NCBI GenBank assembly: GCA_945879115.1
Contig: CAMDUR010000005.1
Coordinates: 11,923 to 75,922, forward strand
DNA from: Polynucleobacter meluiroseus
GTDB lineage: Bacteria; Pseudomonadota; Gammaproteobacteria; Burkholderiales; Burkholderiaceae
Length of the DNA stretch: 64,000 nt
Direction of reading: 5' to 3'
Shown: piece after piece, positions 59,201-64,000 of the stretch
How the letters are laid out: each line of letters begins with the position of its first letter
Numbering within the stretch: position 1 is the stretch's first letter
Position numbers and translations under genes: made by a program
Notes under the pieces: generated by a model
What the model saw: only the letters and a program-made list of their open reading frames with translations
Told to the model about the DNA's origin: nothing
Database searches by the model: none

Positions 59201-62200
59201 GTGCGACTTAAATCAATCAAACTTTCGGGCTTTAAATCCTTTGTAGACCCTACTCATTTTGAGCTTCCGGGCCAATTAATCGGCGTTGTCGGCCCAAATG
59301 GTTGCGGTAAATCCAACATCATTGACGCCGTGCGCTGGGTTTTAGGCGAATCTAGGGCCAGTGAATTGCGTGGTGAGTCCATGCAGGACGTTATTTTTAA
59401 TGGTTCAGGACTCAGAAAACCTGCGGGTAGATCTAGTGTTGGGTTGATTTTTGATAACTCAGATGGCCGTGCATCTGGTCAGTGGAGCACGTTTGCTGAA
59501 CTTTCTGTTAAACGCACCTTAACGCGTGATGGCGCTTCGAGCTATTTTATTAACAATCAAGTTGTTCGCCGTAAAGATATTCATGACATGTTCATGGGTA
59601 CTGGTTTAGGCCCAAGAGCCTACGCCATCATTGGTCAGGGCATGATTTCAAGAATCATTGAAGCAAAGCCAGAAGAATTACGCATCTTTTTAGAAGAAGC
59701 TGCTGGTGTATCTAAATATAAAGAGCGCCGTAAAGAAACTGAATCTCGCTTAGAGGGTACTCGTGAAAACTTAACACGTGTTGAAGATATATTAAGAGAG
59801 TTAAATCAAAATTTAACTAAGCTTGAAGGGCAGGCCGAAGTAGCAGAGAAGTACAAACAACTTAACGTCCAAATGACGGAGCAGCAACAGTTGCTGTGGT
59901 TGGTCAGGCAAACTGAAGCTGGTAAAGAGCAAGAGCGTCATGCTAATGCTATTCGTGATGCGCAAGTTCAGCTTGAAGAGCAAACAGCAAAATTACGCCA
60001 CGCAGAGGCTGAGTTAGAAGAGCTTAGGACTTCCCATTACGCTGCACAAGATTCAGTATCAAGTGCTCAAGGAGAGCTATACGAAGTTAATGCTGAGGTT
60101 GGTAAGTTAGAAAATGAGATTCATTATGTACAAGAATCACGTGCTCGCTTACAGCAACAAATTTCTGACCTGCAAGCTCAGTTATCACGCTGGTCCTCTC
60201 AAGAATTAGCAGCTGCTGATGCATTAAGACAAACGGCCATTGATCTTGAGGCAGCTAGAGAGAATGAAGAACGCTATTTAGAAGTTTTGCAGGGTGTTCA
60301 AGAAAAAATACCAGCGCATGAGGTCATATACCTAGAAGCTCAAAAAGCTCTTGATATGGCAAGGCAAGCAGTTTCTTCGACGGATCAGCGTTTAGCGAGC
60401 TTAGCAGAACGTGTTTTAGCAGCCGGTCGTCAATTAGATCAAATGCACCAAAGACAAGAGCGCTTGAAGGCAGACTTGGCAACCTTGGTTCGTCCTGATG
60501 CTGAGGCTTTAAGTCTTGTTACTGATCGTCAAACAATGGCTCAGCGAAAGGCTGATGAAGCGCAACAGATTTCTGAAGAGGCTCAATCTAAAGTTCCAGA
60601 AACTGATGCGGCAAGAACTAGCGCACAGCAAACTTTACAAGAGTCCTCTGCAGCCTTAAGTCAAACGCAAGCGAAGTTAGGCGCCTTACAAACTCTCCAA
60701 GAAAAAGTTCAATCTCAAACTAAGGTTGGACCTTGGCTTGAGCAAAAAGGACTTAATAAGAAGCAGCGTTTATGGCAAGATATTCAAGTAGAGAAGGGCT
60801 GGGAAACCGCAATTGAATCTGTTCTACGTGAGCGTGTTACAGCCCTCCAAGCTAAAGATCTAACAGAAGCTATTCGCTTAGCTCAAGATGCGCCGCCATC
60901 CCGTTTGGCTTTTTATTCGGGCCAATCAGTCACTAATTCTGATACTGGTACAAATGGTTTAACTAGTTTGATGAGCCGTGTACAAATAAAAGATAGCGCC
61001 ATCAAAACTGTTGTTCAAGAGTGGTTAGGCCATGTCTATATTGCTGATCACTTGGATGATGCAATGCGCCGTAGAGACCAATTGCCACAGGGCGGGGTAT
61101 TGGTTGTAAAAGAAGGTCATATTATTAGCCGCGTGAGTTTACAGTTATATGCTGAGGATTCAGAGCAAGCCGGGCTTCTTGCGCGCGCTCAAGAGATTGA
61201 TAACTTAGATCTCCAGCTTAAAGCGCAACAGTTGATTTTGGATGAGGCACAAAGTGAAGCATCTCATACTCAATATGCTTATCAACAAGCGCAGCAATTA
61301 GCGCAATCAGCTAGACAAACAGCAGAGCAAGCTGTACGTGAAGCGCATAACTTAGAAGTTGAGCGATTGCAGTTGGCTCAGGCTGATGAAAAATACAGAA
61401 CACGTGCTGATCAAATTACGCATGAGTTAACTGAGCTCACTCAGCAAGTAGATGAAATTCAAACTGTACGCGATGAAGGTCAGGGCCAGTTAGACCAGGC
61501 GCAAGATGAAAAAGGTATTCATGGCGATAGTCTAGCTAATGCCCAAGATACTTATCAAGCTGCCCAACATGGGCTTGAGCAAGCTCGCGAAGCCTTAAGG
61601 TTGGCCGAGCGTGAAGCTAATGAAGCGTCCTACACGACAAGAACTTTTGTGCAACATATGACTGACTTAACGCGTGATCAGCAATCCGCACAGCAACAGG
61701 TTTCTGATATTCAAGTGAGCTTAAGTAATTCTCTAGAAGAATTAAACACTTTGTCAGATGAAATTGCCCAAGAATCTTTACAAGGATTGTTAATTCAGAG
61801 AAGTGCAAAAGAAGCCGCTTTAGCCAATGCTAGAACTGAAATGGATGCTATCTCACATCGCCTTCGTGAAGGTGACGAGGTGCGATTGACGCTTGAGCGT
61901 AGTTTGCAACCGCTGCGTGACAAAGCTATGGAGCTTCAACTTAAAGAACAGGCAGCTCGTTTGAATGTCGAGCAATTCGCTACGATGTTGATGGATGCTG
62001 AAGCGAATGTTGAAGAATTGAAAGCACGCTTATCACCGGATATGAAAGTCAGTGGTTTGCAGGCTGAAGTCAACAAACTTAGTACTGAAATTCAAAATCT
62101 TGGGCCAGTCAATATGGCTGCTTTGGAGGAGTTATCTAGTGCGCAAGAACGTAAGACCTTCTTAGATGCTCAATCGGCTGACTTAAATGAAGCGATCAAC

Positions 62201-62716
62201 ACGCTAACTTCAGCGATTCAACAAATTGATGGTGAAACAAGACAGTTATTACAAGGCACATTTGATCAAGTCAATGAACACTTTGCTAAATTGTTCCCGG
62301 ACTTATTTGGTGGTGGTAATGCTAAATTGGTAATGACTGGTGAAGAAATTCTTGATTCGGGTGTTCAAGTAATGGCCCAGCCACCAGGTAAAAAGAATTC
62401 AACGATTCACTTGTTATCAGGTGGTGAAAAAGCTCTAACAGCAATTGCATTGGTATTCTCATTATTCCAACTTAATCCTGCGCCATTCTGTTTGCTAGAT
62501 GAGGTTGACGCTCCTTTGGATGATGCCAACACAGGGCGTTATGCTGACATGGTTTCTCGCATGGCGAAAAATACACAATTCGTATTTATTTCACATAACA
62601 AGATCACTATGGAAATTGCTCATCAATTAATTGGCGTCACAATGCAAGAGCAGGGTGTCTCAAGAATTGTTGCTGTTGACTTAGAGGCTGCTGCTAATTT
62701 GGTGGAGGCTGCTTAA
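59201..62716 (+). CDS. smc: chromosome segregation protein SMC
   Basis: 1171 aa. Walker A GPNGCGKSN, long coiled coils around a hinge, signature LSGGEKALTAIAL and Walker B LLDEVDAPLDD. GTG start. Confidence 0.95.
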   Translation: MRLKSIKLSGFKSFVDPTHFELPGQLIGVVGPNGCGKSNIIDAVRWVLGESRASELRGESMQDVIFNGSGLRKPAGRSSVGLIFDNSDGRASGQWSTFAELSVKRTLTRDGASSYFINNQVVRRKDIHDMFMGTGLGPRAYAIIGQGMISRIIEAKPEELRIFLEEAAGVSKYKERRKETESRLEGTRENLTRVEDILRELNQNLTKLEGQAEVAEKYKQLNVQMTEQQQLLWLVRQTEAGKEQERHANAIRDAQVQLEEQTAKLRHAEAELEELRTSHYAAQDSVSSAQGELYEVNAEVGKLENEIHYVQESRARLQQQISDLQAQLSRWSSQELAAADALRQTAIDLEAARENEERYLEVLQGVQEKIPAHEVIYLEAQKALDMARQAVSSTDQRLASLAERVLAAGRQLDQMHQRQERLKADLATLVRPDAEALSLVTDRQTMAQRKADEAQQISEEAQSKVPETDAARTSAQQTLQESSAALSQTQAKLGALQTLQEKVQSQTKVGPWLEQKGLNKKQRLWQDIQVEKGWETAIESVLRERVTALQAKDLTEAIRLAQDAPPSRLAFYSGQSVTNSDTGTNGLTSLMSRVQIKDSAIKTVVQEWLGHVYIADHLDDAMRRRDQLPQGGVLVVKEGHIISRVSLQLYAEDSEQAGLLARAQEIDNLDLQLKAQQLILDEAQSEASHTQYAYQQAQQLAQSARQTAEQAVREAHNLEVERLQLAQADEKYRTRADQITHELTELTQQVDEIQTVRDEGQGQLDQAQDEKGIHGDSLANAQDTYQAAQHGLEQAREALRLAEREANEASYTTRTFVQHMTDLTRDQQSAQQQVSDIQVSLSNSLEELNTLSDEIAQESLQGLLIQRSAKEAALANARTEMDAISHRLREGDEVRLTLERSLQPLRDKAMELQLKEQAARLNVEQFATMLMDAEANVEELKARLSPDMKVSGLQAEVNKLSTEIQNLGPVNMAALEELSSAQERKTFLDAQSADLNEAINTLTSAIQQIDGETRQLLQGTFDQVNEHFAKLFPDLFGGGNAKLVMTGEEILDSGVQVMAQPPGKKNSTIHLLSGGEKALTAIALVFSLFQLNPAPFCLLDEVDAPLDDANTGRYADMVSRMAKNTQFVFISHNKITMEIAHQLIGVTMQEQGVSRIVAVDLEAAANLVEAA

Positions 62717-63807
62717 TGTCCGGTTTTGCTGAATTTGCTGCTTCGATTGGTTTGTCAGAGCTTCAGCTATCCCTTGGCTTGATTGGTTTCACTTTACTGT
62801 TGGTATTAATGATTTACAACGCTCTTCGAATTCGTAAATCTGAAGTTGAAGAATCTAATCATATTGATAAGCAGAGTGAGTACTTAGATACTCCTCAAAG
62901 TTTTGAACAAATTAATGGCGACGTTAGATCTGAGCCCACCCTCAATATGGCGTCACCTTCATTACCAGCCATTGTTTCTTCGGCTGAAAAAATTGATTCA
63001 TTAATTGATTGTGTAATCGCCTTACGTTTTTCGCAAGCTATTAGCGGCCAAGAGATATTAATGGCACTTGAATCTTGGCCTAAAAATATGCCACATATTT
63101 GGTTATGTGAAGGATTAGTTGCACAAGAAGCTGATACACAAGCAGTTTGGCAAGCACCGCAACAAGAGGGCAGTTATATTGAGTTGCAATTAGCAATTCA
63201 AATTGCTAATCGTTCTGGTCCTATTGGTGTTGTGGATCTTTCTGATTTCGCTTCAAGAGCTCAAGCTCTAGCAAATACGCTTGATGCAGAGATTGATTTA
63301 CCCCCAATTAATGAAATTTTGGAAGAGGCAAAAGCTATTGACTCTTTCGCTGCCAAAAGTGATATCCAGTTGGGTATCACGATTCAGCCAAAATCAGACC
63401 GTTGGACCCTAGCTGAAATTAGAAGTGCTGTTTCTAAAGCAGGCTTTCAATTATCCAGAGATGGTCGCGAATATAACCGTATTGTTAGCGGCTTAAATAT
63501 CTATAAGTTGATTGCTGAACAATCAAATTTTTTACGTGATGACTTATCTAAGCCTGATGTTTCATCAATCATATTATTGTTAGATCTACCAAAGGTCCCA
63601 CAGGAAATAAAACCTTTCAAAGTGATGCTCAATGATGCTCATTTATTAGCTGAAGCATTGAGTGGTCACTTAGTTGATGATGCTGGTCGACCTTTAGTTG
63701 ATGATGCGGTTATAGCGATTCAGGCGCAGCTCGATCAAATTTACCAATCCATGTCGAAGCATGGCATCCCTGCCGGCAGTGTCACTGCAAGCAGACTTTT
63801 TTCTTAA
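62716..63807 (+). CDS. zipA: cell division protein ZipA
   Basis: N-terminal TM anchor ([18 protein letters not shown]), a linker and a C-terminal ZipA-type domain. TAATG overlap with smc. Fits the conserved smc-zipA-ligA order. Confidence 0.8.
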   Translation: MSGFAEFAASIGLSELQLSLGLIGFTLLLVLMIYNALRIRKSEVEESNHIDKQSEYLDTPQSFEQINGDVRSEPTLNMASPSLPAIVSSAEKIDSLIDCVIALRFSQAISGQEILMALESWPKNMPHIWLCEGLVAQEADTQAVWQAPQQEGSYIELQLAIQIANRSGPIGVVDLSDFASRAQALANTLDAEIDLPPINEILEEAKAIDSFAAKSDIQLGITIQPKSDRWTLAEIRSAVSKAGFQLSRDGREYNRIVSGLNIYKLIAEQSNFLRDDLSKPDVSSIILLLDLPKVPQEIKPFKVMLNDAHLLAEALSGHLVDDAGRPLVDDAVIAIQAQLDQIYQSMSKHGIPAGSVTASRLFS

Positions 63808-63818
63808 AGGTCTTAGGT

Positions 63819-64000
63819 ATGACAGATTCGGCCCGTTATGAATGGCTGAAAGATGAATTAGCCAGACTAGATCATGCCTACTATGTCTTGGATGATCCAA
63901 TTCTCCCAGATGTAGAATACGACCAACTGTATCGCGAATTATTATCTTTAGAACAAAACCATCCTGATTGGATCACGGTTGACTCGCCTTCTCAACGGGT
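63819..64000 (+). CDS. ligA: NAD-dependent DNA ligase, N-terminal fragment (runs off right edge)
   Basis: Translated by eye as [60 protein letters not shown], the typical LigA Ia-domain start. Not in the ORF track because there is no stop within the window. Confidence 0.85.
   Translation, partial: MTDSARYEWLKDELARLDHAYYVLDDPILPDVEYDQLYRELLSLEQNHPDWITVDSPSQR

Overview
Gene-dense, moderately AT-rich chromosomal segment of about 60 genes. Most intergenic gaps are under 150 bp, and many genes have 1-4 nt start/stop overlaps. Gene content and synteny fit a Burkholderiales betaproteobacterium: smc-zipA-ligA, glnA-ntrB-ntrC, aceE-aceF-lpdA with a lipoyl-LpdA, and a phasin. The AT-richness and compactness suggest a streamlined freshwater lineage such as Polynucleobacter, but that is inference only. 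Nearly all of the window is core housekeeping: purA (3' end), rnr-rlmB, tal, rpiA, yggX-argA, hrpA, glnA-ntrBC with a readable NtrC site and sigma-54 promoter, xthA, prlC, folD, a FixL/FixJ-like two-component pair, the pyruvate dehydrogenase genes, phasin, pyrD, aat/bpt, a pabB-pabC fusion, a Liv-type ABC importer, the initiator tRNA, kup, radA, prmB, dapE, dapD and smc-zipA-ligA (5' end). I found no transposase, integrase, phage gene, CRISPR array, toxin-antitoxin pair or recognisable defence gene. I cannot honestly claim a clearly novel system. Three loci are most worth a second look. (1) A translationally coupled kinase + SDR + acyl-CoA dehydrogenase trio (44217-47174) resembles an unfused ACAD10/11 or Lva-type 4-hydroxyacyl-CoA module and lies divergent from the ABC importer. 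(2) An uncharacterised five-gene operon (11761-16213) encodes an exported beta-propeller, a NodB-fold protein with a variant metal motif, a membrane fatty-acid hydroxylase, an EI24-like protein and a CinA-like protein. (3) A six-gene tightly packed operon (38541-44074) joins folate, pyrimidine and N-degron functions. Several ORF-track starts (TTG/GTG-extended) were trimmed to downstream ATGs with better RBS or homology support. All family assignments come from motifs read by eye and need database confirmation.
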